The translations under genes were made by a program, and so were the position numbers. The notes beneath the pieces are model-generated. The model was not told the origin of the DNA. It made no database searches and saw only the letters and a list, made by a program, of their open reading frames with translations. From positions 1-64,000 of the forward strand of contig FLMG01001166.1 in assembly GCA_900088475.1 (NCBI GenBank): 64,000 nucleotides of DNA, in the 5' to 3' direction. Source of the stretch: Hyphochytrium catenoides (lineage: Eukaryota > Protista > Hyphochytriomycota). Shown here in pieces: positions 1 through 12,924 of this stretch (its first letter is position 1; the number at the start of each line of letters is the position of its first letter).

Positions 1-9
1 TCTCTCTCT

Positions 10-45
<36 letters not shown>

Positions 46-170
46 CTTCTCTCTTTCTCTCTCTCTCGCTCTCTCTCTCGCTCTCTCTCTCGCTCTCTCT
101 CGCTCTCTTTTCTTCCCCTCTCTCTCCCGCTCTTTCTCTCTCTCCCTCTCCCTCTTCGATGCTCATCCTC
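1..170. repeat. (CT)n-rich microsatellite / polypyrimidine tract
   Basis: Imperfect TC dinucleotide run with CGCT interruptions at the window start; probably intronic on the + strand. Confidence 0.9.
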
Positions 171-770
171 TCTTTCTTCTGTCCCCTTCTCTTCCCAAAT
201 GCTGTCATTCAACCTTGAACAGCGGTTCTTAGGTTCCTCCCTGTTGACGTCGTTGCCTATCCTGCTACGTCTCTCGTCCTCCCTCTGCATGGTGAGGCCT
301 AATGCGGGACTCCCATCGCTCCGTGTCGCGTTGCGCTGACAACGCGTCCCCTCTGTCCTGTTTCTTAGGTGAATAGCTGTGGGTTGGGCTTGTCACGTCC
401 CTGTCCAGAGCTCTTCCTTTCAGCCAGAAGACGTCTCTTGTCTCTTTACCCTTTCTCTCTCTCTCTCTCTCCTTCACGCAACTTTCTATGCAGTCCTCTC
501 TGTGTGCTTTTGGCTTCCAGAGAAGCTAGGCAAGTTCAGAGATCAAAAGCGGAGTTTCCTCTTCTGCCTTACTGCCATCATCGAAAGGAAGCGGAAGAGA
601 TAGGCTTCACTCTGACTGGCGGGGCCAGTTGCTCTGTTCCTCGACTGAGTGGGCCTGTCTCCTGGCATGACTAAGTACCTCCCTGTAAGATGAACTTCCT
701 CAGGATCGCTGTGCTTTGAGACTGTTGGCAGCAACGCTGTGAACTCTTGAACAGAAGGGCAGAGAAGGCG

Positions 771-3700
771 ATGGAGAATGGTGGTGGCTACCAATCCTCC
801 TATGAGTTCCTTAAGGAGACGTCCTTGTCGCCCACCGTTAGAAAGGAGAGGCTCTACCCTCCTCCCAGGCCACAGCCTCTCTCAAGCTCTACCGCGCGTC
901 TGCAGTGGCTCAAAGAAGCGGTGGTCCAGGTCTCTCTGGAGGAACTGCAGGAGATAGTACTGAGCTTTGCACTGCAGGTGAGACAGCGGAGCAAAACCAT
1001 ATTCCCTTTCACGTTTACGTCTTCTCTTCTTCTTCTGATAGACACCAAGGGAGACCTGCATGATCTCCCGTCGCCTGCAATGCTTCTAGATCCGTGTTCT
1101 GCGAGTTATGTGGAATAGAGAGAGTAAGAGAGAGAGAGAAGAAGGGAGAGAGATGAAGAAGAAGAGACCCATTGAGCAGTTCACTCACTTGAGAGTTTGC
1201 CTTTCTTCTTATCAACATGATGTGGGCCTTCACTGACGTTACCTTTGCTTTGTTCAGAGTCAAGCCTTTCAGGAATATCTCTCTTTCCGTTTGAGACACA
1301 ATGTCGCGGCTAGTGACTCTCAACAGGCTTTAGAGGAAGGGCAAACCGGAGAAAAAGGAAGAAGTCAACAAGCGCTGCGTTATGCAAACATCTTTTCCAA
1401 TGATCTCATCCTCCGAAGCCCTTTGCAGACAAGCTCCACTTTATCTGCCTCCTCTTCCTCCCTCTCCTCGTTAGACCTCCCTCCGAGAGGTCCGCCTTCT
1501 CTTTCAAAATCTGATTCGGCATTCTCTGTCGGACTTTCTCTTTATTCATCCTCTTCCACTCTTTCATTGGGCTCACCATTATCTCCATTTGAGTTCGACC
1601 AGCCCGCGAGCTCTCCGGCTCTCTTGCGCTCAACCTCACTGCGCCCTCCGTCTTTCAACGAGATCTTCCAGCTCTCCCTTGATAAAATTAGTGACAGCAG
1701 CATCTGGGAAGACCTTAAGGAGTTCGAAACTCTCTCATCTCTTGCCAGAGATTTCTGCTACGCTGCGGTACACTATGGGAAGATTATCATTGCAGAGAGA
1801 AACGTAAGTGTAGAGAGAAAGACCATTCGGCCTTGCACTGAGGAGCTAGGAGGGCTGGCCGGGGGAGAGAAGTACATCAAAAGCGGAATTCTTTTTAAAT
1901 TTGCATCTGCACACAATATTTATGAGGATGACGAGTGTGCGGCTAAGGCGGCTGGGCATGAGTTGAAGGGAGCGATCGGCATCTTCAACACCCAGGAGGT
2001 AAGACTGAGGGCTTGATGGCTTTGTCATTGTTAGTCTGATGTGCCTCATATCTCTCTTCTTTGGTACCTTATTTCTCTCAAGCTCCGCTGAAGTCACGGC
2101 TGTCGCTTTTCTATAACATTTGACGGCTGGGTCGCGCTGTCTTTATAGATAGTCTCCCGTTTCTTTCACTTGTCTGACCTACTCTTCCGATACATGTCTA
2201 CTCTCTTCCATATGCCCTGTGTGCCTCCTTGTCTCTTTGTCTCAGACGTCATAGAGAGAAAAATCGTCTCTTGGACCTTAAGTTCCCCTTCGTCTGTTAT
2301 AAGGATCTCCTTCAAGCTCTTCTATCTCCCTCTCTCACATTGTGCATTCTAGCTAACTCCCTAACTTTCACCCCTATTCCCCCTTGCTTACCCCTCCTTG
2401 CTCTCGCCTATTATTGTCCGCTTTGGTCCACTCGCCTCTCCCATCCGTGGTGTGGCCAGTCTGGCCAAGCCAAGCTGCATTTTCCTCTTCTAATTCTTAT
2501 AGACTACCTAGGCTACCGCCTGGTAGCTATGTCAGTGGTTCCCATCGACAGTATAAACAAGCAAAGTCTCCTCTATGGGAGTCCAGATGCGGGTAAGACA
2601 GTGGTGGCCGATGAGAAAGTACACATGACCATGAAGCACGTTGCTTCTCTCTTAAACCTCAAGCTGCATGTCGCCGGCTCTTCCACGAAGAACTCGCAGT
2701 CTCTATATACCCCGTGTGACATAGAGGTGCATCAGGGAACCGATGGAAGGTTGTACTGCCTTGACTTCGCTCGTCTTTTTCCTCCAGAGCCGCCAAACTC
2801 CGAGGCGAAGATACGGTCTGGACATTTGGTCCGTCTGCTGCGGCCAGAACTAGTCAGAAGGAACTCTGTTCCCCTCTCTTCTGACGCCTTCTCCAACTTC
2901 TCCCTGGTTGATCCTGATGCGAGAGAGCATGAGACAGAGGTCCGCGCTTGCCATTCCGACCTTCTGGGCAGAATAGTGCCATTGTTTGCCGGAAAGCTCA
3001 TTGTTCTCTTTCTGGAGGAGTTGCCCTCCTTCACATTCAGCCAGCTCATCTCTTTGCTCCATGAGGTAAACAACACCTTCTAGACCTTGCGTATTCCAGT
3101 CTCTTGCCTGTGTCCGTGCTTGCCCCGGTTCTCTCCCCCCGCTCTGCAGTTAAATCTGTGCGCTTTCGTAGTTGCTGCTTTGGATTGTATGGCTGACTAC
3201 TTGATGTGCTAATTGCAATAGGAGGGTATCAACATCCGACACTTGGGGCGTGTCAGACACCATCTTGCCCTACTTCTTGAAAAGAGCGATACCTTGGAGG
3301 AAGCTGTCTGCTCTCTTCAGCGGGACATGTTCCACGAAGTCGTAGCGAAGTCTATGGGCAGACTACTTAGACAACAATATGCTCTTCTCAAGAGAGAATC
3401 AGGCATAGGTGACGATAATGAGGTAGACGAGAGGAGAGTGAAGCCTCTCGTTGTGAGGCTACTGAATCTGGCACTGGGCAGCCATCAAGCCTCGCTTCTA
3501 TTTCGACAAAAAATACTGGATGATGTCTTCTCTCGTCTCGGCTCCGGTCTGACAGGAAGAGAGAGAGAAATACTCAGCTCTCTCCTTCAGCAAGGACAGA
3601 GCTATGAGCTCTTCAAGTACCTTCAAGCCTCCAGTGAGATGCTTCTATCGCCTATATGCGATCTAAGGATGAAGACCTACCACGAAACCTTCTTTTCCTC

Positions 3701-6251
3701 TCCTTGTCCCTTCACTGAGGAGGATTTCAGGGATATTACGGGCATTATAGACCATCTCTCTCTCTCTATAGACGAGGATGAGAAGGTAGAAGAGAAAGAG
3801 AAGGTTGACAGGGGCCCCTCTCCTGACGATGTTGACCTACGGAAGCTCGCGCTTAAATATTTCGTCCAACGCTGCACTGGGAGCTCGGACAAGAGCTTCG
3901 AAGACTCCTTCAATGTTAGGCTCTTGCTACCGGTAAGAATATCTTCCTTATGACTACCTTACTGAACCGCCTATCTCTCTTTCCTGTTGCAAGAGGTTTC
4001 CCCTCCTTTGTTGACGTTACTTCCCAGTTCGATCCTCTACCTCTCGCCTTCAAAGGTGCTTGCCTACGGCCTGGCCGTTGGGTCCATTGTTACCTTTCCT
4101 TGCCATTTCCTTGCTACTGTCTTGATCTTCTGCGCTGGTTCGCACTTTGTCTTTGGCTGGTTTATAACACGTCTTTTATACAATCAGACTGGAGGCGAGT
4201 ACCAATATATCATGAAAGCAGTTCGCTGGCTAGATGGGAACATCCATAGACTGAAGGAGGACCTCTGCTTCCTGGTAACAGGGCTTAGGGAGCTCTTACT
4301 AATCGAAGTCTGTGCTCGTTCCATGAAAGGCAATCTCAGACGGCGTTGGAGAGAACAAGTCCAGGAGTTAGAAAGACCTGCGTCTGAACCGTACAGAGCC
4401 ATAGCTCTGGATGCTTTGAACGGCTTCTTCGGTAATAACACGGGGGCGAAGCAGTATAGAGGTGTGACGCTGGTCCTTGACGTCGAGAGCAAGTTCCCGG
4501 AGTGCTTCTCAGTCTCGGAGATGAAGACGGCAGAAGGAGGTACGGAGGGTAATGGCAAGTCTACTTCTAGGTTTTCTCATCCTGAAAGCAGCAGCAGAGG
4601 ACAAGAGAGGACCAATGGACAACATAACGAGAGAGATGGCGGTCGTCCCGGCACCTTCCCTCTCCGCTCCTACATCTCTCTGGGGAAGCTCTTTCGAAGG
4701 GTTCAAAAGCTTTGCGGTCTACAGCTTAGTACTGACTGCGAGGAGGCCATCAGTGCTGACTGTTTCCTTAGAGAAGAACCGTTTGAGGACACGGACATTG
4801 TAAATGTGTCAGAGATTGTGAAGCAAATTCCTCTTCTAGAGTACGCGCAGGGCACAGCTCTTTTCATCAGCGCATTACGAAGAGAGGGCAAAGAGAGGCT
4901 GCAACTGGCAAAGAAAGCCCAGAGGAACTTCCAGAGGGCACTGGCTGTGAATAGTTTGGACTATAAGACGCTCTGCAACTGGGGATACCTCGCAGCGGCT
5001 GTTGAGAAAGACGCTCTGTTGGCAGCCAAGCTTTATAGGAAAGCGCTAGCCATCAAACCTGACCACTCTCGCTCTCTTTACTACTATGGGATCCTCTTCC
5101 ATCGCTCACAGAAGAGGGAAGAAGTCCGTCTCGCGCGATCGTGCATGAAAAAAGCTTCAGAATCTTCTCCCACCAACGCCTCTCTTTTGAAAGACTACGC
5201 TAACATGCTATGGATTCAGTTTGGAGATCTCCATGGAGCAGAAGAGATGTACCAAAAGGCCATAGAAGCTAGTCCTCACCACGCAAAGGCTCTCTTAGGC
5301 TATGGCAACTTCCTTCACAACGCAAGGGCTGGAAGTCCGGACAAGCATGTGGCGGGCTGGTTCTATCTCAAGGCTTATCAGGCAGATTCAAGCTATCTAA
5401 GGGCCGTTAACCAACTGATAGTCTATCTGAGGCAGACCAAAAGCAGTAATCATTCAGCACTCTATTTCGACGTTGCAAGAGTTGCCGCCTCACTTGTCTC
5501 CCAGGCGGCAAGAGAGAATTATCCACAGAGGCTTGGGAGGAATGACAGAGACTTCAAAGGCGTCTGCCGGGCAACCTCTCTCTCTATAGCCAAGGCAGCA
5601 CGTCACGCACAGGCTAGCAAGCAGTTCTCTTTAGCCTCCGAGCTCTTTGAAGCAGTCTCCCTTCAAACCTTCGACCAAAACGAAGCCTTGTTGATCTATA
5701 CCATCCATCTCACAAAGTTTGAGAGGAACTATGAGCGTGCAGAAGCTGTTTATCGGAAGTGCCTGGAGCAGCAAAGACAAGGTAGAGAGAAGAAGGAAAG
5801 CAGCAAAAGCACACTCCCTCGGGACTATGCAGGGTATATTGCTCAGCATTTCAAGGGCAACCTCCATGTGATGGTTGACGTTTTGGACTACCTCGTGACA
5901 AGTAAGAGAGGAAGGCAGGAGCCAGAAGGAGGACGAGACAGCTTTGTGTCTCAAGCAGTGCCGCTGGGGATCAAGATTGTTGGCCTAATTAGACAATGGA
6001 ATAGAGCCAAGCCCCATATGCCAAAGGACGGAGAAGAAGGGGATCCGATGGATGGGGCCGAGAGAGAGAGAGACGGAGAGCCTTCACATAAAGTCTCCAA
6101 ACGTCTTGCCAATGGGTTAGGAAGAGCCTGCGAGCTTCTTAGGTTGTTAACGGAGGACATGGAGACTGTAGCGTATCGAAAGGGACTGGCCGATGAGTTC
6201 TCTCGTGAGGTGGACCTTTGTCGGAAGAAGCTTGATGAAGTGGAGCTATAA
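771..6251 (+). CDS. Clu-domain (clustered-mitochondria family) protein with C-terminal TPR repeats, spliced; 5' end uncertain
   Basis: In-phase exons 1258-1998, 2460-3065, 3222-3932 and 4188-6251 (TAA). Clu motifs: GGLAGGEKY..GILFKFA, AAKAAGHELKG, FPLLILIDYLGYRLVAMS, LYTPCDIEVHQGTDGRLYCLDFARLFPPE, LLRPELV, LSSDAFS, LHEEGINIRHLGRVR. TPR-like repeats follow (LYRKALAIKPDH, AEEMYQKAIEASPHH). Possible starts are ATG 771 or 1153; the upstream exons carry lesions. Confidence 0.8.
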
Positions 6252-6747
6252 GCAGAGATAGAGGAAGCATCAAGGGAAAGAGGAGGTGCAAGGTAGCCCA
6301 CAACTGTGACGTGCTTAAACCCAAATTAGGAGACACTTTTGCTCTTATCTCTCACGCCACGCCCAGAGTATAGGACAATGGGTGAAGAGAGGACTCAGTT
6401 TTGAGCTGTTGACTGGTAGTCGACAGCTAATCTATGTTATTATGTAATATACAGTCTCGGAAGGCTATGATTGCTCTAAATCGTTTGTGGCTTTCAGATG
6501 GACAAGAGAAAGAATTGCCTTGTCGCTTAGTGAACCAAGCGTCAATCATCTCAGAGAGCAAGGCGCCAGCCCCTCTATCTGTGAAGGTGAGCAGAGCGAC
6601 ATCTATGTCTCTTTACCTTCATGGCCAGCAGACGCTCCCCCTGTGGGTGCCTCGCCAGCTCTTGAGATATGGTAGATTGGTAATATGCGCCGCTGTGTAG
6701 AAGGCAAGTGCTTAGACGTACACTGAGGATAGTCCACGCACGGGTCT

Positions 6748-9470
6748 CTAGACATGCGCTATTCTGGCTGTGGAGCTTGTAAGAACACCAAGAGGGCGAG
6801 GAGGAACGAGTGCCTTCAACTCCACCCGGGAAGAGGACATCGCAGCCGTGGTTGAAGAGCCCGTGCCAGGAGTGAGAGAAGAAAGTGCAGAAGAGAACGA
6901 AGACACAGGCGTCGAGGATGTTGCTTTGCCAGTGGGCGAAGGCTTCGTAATGGGGTGGAACGGAGCTATTCTTCTCCAAAACCAAGCGTTCTCTTGATCG
7001 GTAGGGACAACCTTTTCCTTGATAGGAGGTGAAATTGTGCCGTTCTCCAATGGAGCAGAGCGAAGCCCTATTGCGAACGAAAAATTTTTGCCTGCAGAAA
7101 GAGGAGCAGAGTGAAGACGGAATAGGCATCAGCAACGTTGAGCAAGACGTGAAACGGGAGGAGGAAGCATCGCCGTAAGATTATAAAGGGCAAAGCTTAT
7201 GCCAAGCGTGTCGGACTGCTTTCTTCCATGGTCTTCACTCTTCCTCGAGCTCTCGATAGCCCTTGTTTGTATGTTACGCGCAAGCGAATCTTACCTCCCC
7301 AGCCTTCTCTTACTCCTCTTCTGGAAGCTGTCTCATAGAAGTTTGCGACGGTGGGAGCCGTTGGCGTCGTTGCGTCTCCTGCAACAACCTCGGTGCCTAT
7401 GTTTTCCAACTTTTTTGGACAGAGAGAAGGTCGTTGGCATAAATAAGGATCAAGCAAAAGAAAGTCAATAGAGACAGAGAGAGGTTGTGGAAGTTGCAGA
7501 GAGATTGCAGGGAAATGTTAGCGTCTCTTCTTTCCTGATCACCTGGTATCTTCTTCTTCTCTTACCTGCTTCAGAGCTGAGCAAGAAGAGTTAGACTAGC
7601 TTTAGGCAGAGAAGGGGGCAACGAACAGGCTTACCTGATCTCTGTTTCTTCCTAGGGCGGCCTGAGGGAGAACCCTAGAGATCACGGAGGAGCCGGAAGG
7701 AAGACAATCGTTTTAGCCAAAGTGCGGAGGGAGGAGAAATAGATAAAGATCCTTAATGGTCCGCGGATAGCAGAAGGATGGCGTAAGGAGAAAGGGAAAC
7801 AAAGAGGTAATCAAGGAAAGAGGTAATTAGGAGAAAGTGACGCAACAGAATAGCATGAGAGAAGAGCGACTGACCCAGAACAGAATAATCTGATATGTAC
7901 TTTGGAGAGAAGAAAGAGAGAGAGAGAGCGAGAGAGAGAGGAGCCAGAGATGTGGGTGTGCGGGAGATACACATACACACACACAGAGAAGGCAGTAATG
8001 AGCGCAGGGTTCTCTAAATTGGATTGGAGTCCAGGAGTGAATAAGCAATAAGTGTTATCGCCTTCACCTCACCATGGAGGCCTTTGCGGGAGGACTGCTA
8101 CCAGCGGACTTCCCATTCTGAAGTGCCTGAGAGGAGTGAAGGGGTAAAGTCAGTCTACTTTTGAGCATTGTTAGATAATTCTGAAGGATATGCTACGCCC
8201 AAGCGCCCAATGGAATGCCGAATGGATGCGCTAATGCGACGTCCTCTTTAGTATGGCGACCCTCATCCCCGAAGACCCGGTCACTGTCCTCAGCCCTTTC
8301 ACCACTTTTCTGGACTGAATATATCAAAGTTTCTTTGTTTGTCTTGTCTTGCACCGACTCTTTTCCTCTCCGCCGCCTGCGTTTGACATTACCTTCTTTG
8401 CCTTGTGTGGCGTCCAAGAGTCACCTGCCTTTCCCCCTGATATCAAAGGCGCCATTGCCTGGCGACTAGAGATTAGAAGCAAATGTAGCTATGGCCGACG
8501 AGGAGCAAGTAAAGAAAGCGGTACCGAAAGATAATAAAGAAAAGAAAGCAATTCGTGAAGGGGAACGAGTGGGTTGTGTGCAGAAATAGGATAACCCAAA
8601 TAGCCCCTGTAACATCCTGCTAGCAGAGGAGGAATAGGACGCATAAAAAGCCTGACAAGAGTGTTTCGTATAGATGGACCTCGTAAGCACAGCAAGAACT
8701 CCCTGCGTACCTCTTTATTGTGTGGAGAGCGCGGTGGCCGGCCTTGCTTTGCCTTAGCCCGAAACTGTTCTACGTCCAGTGCCTCGTTCAGCCATTCACT
8801 CATCAAGGCGTCAATCCTCCGCACCTGAGAAACAAGAAGACATTACGATCAAAGACAGCGAAGATTGATGCGGATGTCCTATGATTCTAGTAGAAGATTG
8901 TGATAGCACATACATAGAGCGCACGCGGAGAGGGCGGAAAGTGAGGTAGAGAGAGACATGCCGCTAGGTCTAAAGGCGGCGAGAGAAGGTATGAGATGGA
9001 AAGGTACGCAGAAAGAAGTCACAGAGGACACTCAGTGATGTGCCGTGGGAACTGAACGTTAAGAGAGTGGGAGCCAAGAAGGGGATGTACAGGTGCTGAC
9101 GGCATTCCCTCTGGCTAGGAGTACACGAACCCAAAGAGCAAATGGAAGGCAAGAGGCAAAGGCGATAGCTGAGAAACGAGCATAAGGTGGGCAATAGACA
9201 AGCCAGAAGTGCCACTACTCACTGAGAGCCACTGAAGGAGCTCAGTAGCAAGTGGTGGCGGAGCTGATGGTTGAAAGTGGCCGCGGCAGCACACACACAG
9301 AGAAAAGAGAGTTCTACCTGGATTCCGCTGAGGTTGGGTTTGATATTGACCCAGAGAGAATAGGCGGATTTGCTAATGCCGAAGGCGTTGCAGATCGTCG
9401 CTTGATGAATGTCACACTGCTCCATGCGGGCCTTCACTCTCTCCACGAGCTCAACGTTTCGAGCTGCCAT
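6748..9470 (-). CDS. Putative DNA-binding protein: N-terminal Cro/C1-like HTH, AT-hook-like GRPRK, low-complexity tail; spliced
   Basis: Exon 1 9470-9318 encodes MAARNVELVERVKARMEQCDIHQATICNAFGISKSAYSLWVN (HTH pattern). Exon 2 8824-8711 (VRRIDALMSEWL). Small in-phase exons near 8455-8390, 8125-8075, 7675-7635 (GSPSGRPRKKQRS) and 7395-7295 lead to a last exon ending at TAG 6748. Internal exons are tentative. Confidence 0.55.
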
Positions 9471-10019
9471 CCTTCCTTAACTTGGGGCCAGATTGGTTGT
9501 TTCTGTCTCTATCTATTTCTCTTTCTTTATCTATGCGCCTCTCTGCCTTGGCTCTTCCTTTTTCTTCTCGCTCCTAACCTCTCGCAGCTCTCGCTGTCCC
9601 CGCGTTCTCTCAGTCAGACCATCTGGCCGTAGGTACGTATGAAGCCTCTTAGAATTTCCCTCTCCTCCAGGCTGCTGCTGGTGCCAGCAACGATACTGAG
9701 ACACGATAATGGGCCTCGTTGTCAGGTAGCTCGCGCCCACTTGCCTCGTGAGCTCTCTCTCAAAGACCAAGCCCTGCCTACTGCCAGTGGAACCCCTTCC
9801 GTCCCTAGCGGTGGAACAGATTCCTGCCCATAGCTGAGAGCACAGAGAACGTCTGCAGACTTCACGGACAATGGTCTGCCTCCTAATAAAAAGCTTGTGA
9901 CCTCCGCGGCATGAGCGGGACGAGGAGAAGATAAGATGATGCAGCTGCTTTGCTTCGTGGAAGAATGAGAATGAGAGCGGGGAAGTCGATGAGATAGAAA
10001 CATTTGCCCAGAAGACGAG

Positions 10020-10210
10020 ACAGAGACGTGAACGAAAGAGAGAGCAGAGGAGCGAGAGAGAAAGAAAGAAAGAGCGAGAGAAGAGAAAGAGAGTGAGAAA
10101 GAGAAAGAGAGCGTGATAGAAAAAAGAGAGAAAGAGAGAGAGACACACACAGGAGCAATATAAGGAGCGGAAGCAAAGACAGAGAGACAGCAGAAAGCGC
10201 AGTAGAGAGA
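10020..10210. repeat. (AG)n-rich purine tract
   Basis: Imperfect GA repeats; CT-rich on the - strand, consistent with a 5'UTR intron of the minus-strand HTH gene. Confidence 0.75.
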
Positions 10211-10799
10211 TGTGAGGGACGTACATGTACACGAGGTGTTCGTTTCTCGTCATTTCTGGCCGTTAGCGTCCATACAATTGGCTTGGGCTATGAGGGAAGA
10301 AAGAGGAGGGAGGAAGAGAAACGGATCTGTGGAAATCCCTCTCGCTTTCTTGTCTGGTTCTTTGTGGCTCGAGTTCGCGCCTTTCGCCCTAGTGTTTCCG
10401 CTTCTTCTGCCCTTTGAGTGCTCTCGGTCTCAAGCTCTCAATGTGCTCTCACGCTCACGTCCATCATATTGATTGACATTGGCCCCATATCTCCTATCTA
10501 ACACCTTCAGGCAGGAACTGCTTCCAAGCAACTTGCAAGGTTAACGCCGATAACTTTCTCAAAAGATCAGCGACCATCCGAGCTATAGCTACATCTCACC
10601 GCGACCTACTGCCGCGTCAGGGAGCTCTTGAGCACTCTCGTAGTTAGTGCTCAGGTTGCCCGACACAGGCACGTTGGCTTTAGCAATTGTGCTGCTCCTA
10701 CACTGCATCAATATCACCTCATGCAGCTGCATAAGGTGGATCCTGGTTCCTGAGTCTTTCAGTTAGGAGAGTCGGCTGAGACTAGCTCTACCAGCTTTT

Positions 10800-12581
10800 A
10801 TGTTTTTAAGGAGTAACCTTATTGTCAGGTACTGTCTGTGTGGGGTGTGAGGTCCTTCATCTTTAGGCACCAGTTCTTCTTCCCTTCTTGTTTTCTTCCC
10901 ACACAAGTCGCTAAACCTCCTTTCCAACGCCTTCTTTTTTTGTTAGAGTGCATGTACAGCAGGATAAAGTTTACACGGTACGATGTAAGGGGGAGAAGAC
11001 GATTGCCTGGCTCCTGTCTGAAGTCCGGCGGTCTTATGAGACGGATGGGCTGGGTAAAGGAGAATGGGTTGTGAGCCTGTTCAACATTACTAGGAATCAA
11101 GGTACTGCCCGGGTCCTGTCAGCGCTCCTCTTGCACTTAATTTCATCATTTTGCCCCTTCTCTCACATCGGTGTCACCTTCACCGCTTACCTGCTACTTC
11201 CTTCACGTTCTGGCTTGTCATTTCATTTCAAGGTGATGCTAAAGGGCCTTAGGCATATCATCCCAGGTTCTCCTCTGTTAAGATATAAGTGGGCTTGCCT
11301 CCTTATAGTGTTCTTACGGCATCTCCCAATGTTTTCTCACGAAGCAAACCTTGTTGCCAGCCAGTCCCGCTTGCAGTCTCCGTCACGGGGGATCGCGACA
11401 CAGCGGGCGAGGCTGGGGATAAGGGAAATGACTGAGGATGACTCACAGCGCTCTTGTTTTAAGTTCTACCTTTAGGATCGCCAATACGGAAGAGCATTGC
11501 AGCAAGCGACAGAGTGGAAGCGTACATCGTGAAGCCACCAGATACGGAAGAGGAAAGAGAGAATAGGATGCTTGAACTTGAGAGCAGACGTGCGGAAAGG
11601 CAAAATGATAATTCTACAGCGCCAGGATCCTTGCAAGGGCGATCGGAAGAGGAGAATACGTTTTACTCTCTTCTCCAAGCTTTCTCCAAGCTAGGGGAAA
11701 AACTACCGCCAACAAAGGCCTCACAGGAAGCTGCAGCGAGCAAATACGTTAACTTGCTTCGATCCTACTTCGAGTTTGATCGAGACGGTGGAATTGGCAG
11801 CCAGGCGTCTTCTTCCCGTTCTTTCCGCAGCCGAGACGGAAGTGAGGTGGTAGAAGAGGTGGCAGCAAAGGGGACATTCAGTGATGATGAGTCTGATGGG
11901 TGCACATCACCAGGCTACAGGCGGAAGTTAAATGGGTCCGCCCACCCTACGGCGAGAGCTACCAAGTCCTTAACGTTTCTTGAGGTAAGAACATGGTGGA
12001 TGCTGCTTTTGATGTCGTTTAGTGAGAGTTGGTGCCTACGGCGCGGTCTGTAGAAGGCCGAACACAAGGGAGACGCGCAAGTCCTTCTGGTTGTGACACA
12101 GAGAGGCGGTAGAGACAGAGGGAACATCCGCCAGCTTTCTGTCATTTTCCATTTTTGAGCATCTTGCGCCTGACATATCTCTTGAAAGCCTTCAATAGGA
12201 TTGGTGCTCGAGCCCGAGTTCATGGATACTTTCACGGTAGTCAAAAGATGCAAGCCGAACTCGGAGGCAGGCCGCTACCCGGAGCTGAGAGGACTAGTTG
12301 TTATTTCTGTCAATGGTACGTCGTCCTGTCTGCTTAGCAACACTCCTTACTGTACATAAGTTGCTGCTTTTACTGCCTGCCGTTGCCATCATCTTCAAAT
12401 TAATAACCCTTTGCGCGGCTTTCTCGTTGTCATCAACCTTGTTGCCAATGTCTTTAACACGTGCTTCATCTATCCAGGTCAGGCGGTTGATGGGTTAGGC
12501 TTTGAGGAAACGATGAACCTCCTAAGACAAGCTCCTCGGCCCTTAGAGATCAGCTTTGGCCAGCTGCTGTATCCTGCATAG
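10800..12581 (+). CDS. Par3/HAL-N-terminal-like (ubiquitin/PB1-fold) domain plus C-terminal PDZ domain; spliced
   Basis: Exons 10800-10828, 10947-11101, 11476-11984, 12189-12315 and 12478-12581 (TAG). N-terminus MFLRSNLIVRVHVQQDKVYTVRCKGEKTIAWLLSEVRRSY. C-terminus TFLEPSIGLVLEP..TVVKRCKPNSEAG..GLVVISVNGQAVDGLGFEETMNLLRQAPRPLEISF is a typical PDZ. A microexon between 11101 and 11476 is possible. Confidence 0.7.
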
Positions 12582-12924
12582 GGCCACGCAATCGGCTATT
12601 AGACCCCAGTTTGGTTATAAGAGCCCAGTACAGCCTAAGACCAAGCAGAGGTAGACCAGAGGTAAAGCAGACTGCTGTCTGCCCGTGTTAGCCCTCCGAG
12701 CCCGCTAGGCTTGCAAGGCAGCGGATAATAAGTGGGTATTCGTGTATGTGAGCTAAAGACAAAGCAGAGGCTCGGGTTACGTCTCAGAAGAGTCTATGTG
12801 TCAAGTCAGCTGTGAGCCAAATTTGCTCGTAAAGAAGCTGCGCAACGCTGCTGAAGTAAGAGACGAGCAGAGATGCTGAGGGTTCAGATATGGCCTTGGA
12901 GCAACTCACACGTCGTCCCTAGCC

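Noticed and set aside
3987-4187. Hydrophobic N-terminus of the 754-aa ORF as a TM segment
   Set aside because: It lies in the pyrimidine-rich intron 3933-4187; the exon starts at 4188.
8193-8465. Apparent in-frame TGA in an exon of the HTH gene
   Set aside because: A stop-free alternative exon (AMAPLISGGKAGDSWTPHKAKK ending at a GTAATG donor) fits the phases.
9531-10253. Hydrophobic Leu/Ser/Phe-rich ORFs resembling membrane proteins
   Set aside because: They are translations of the CT/AG microsatellite.
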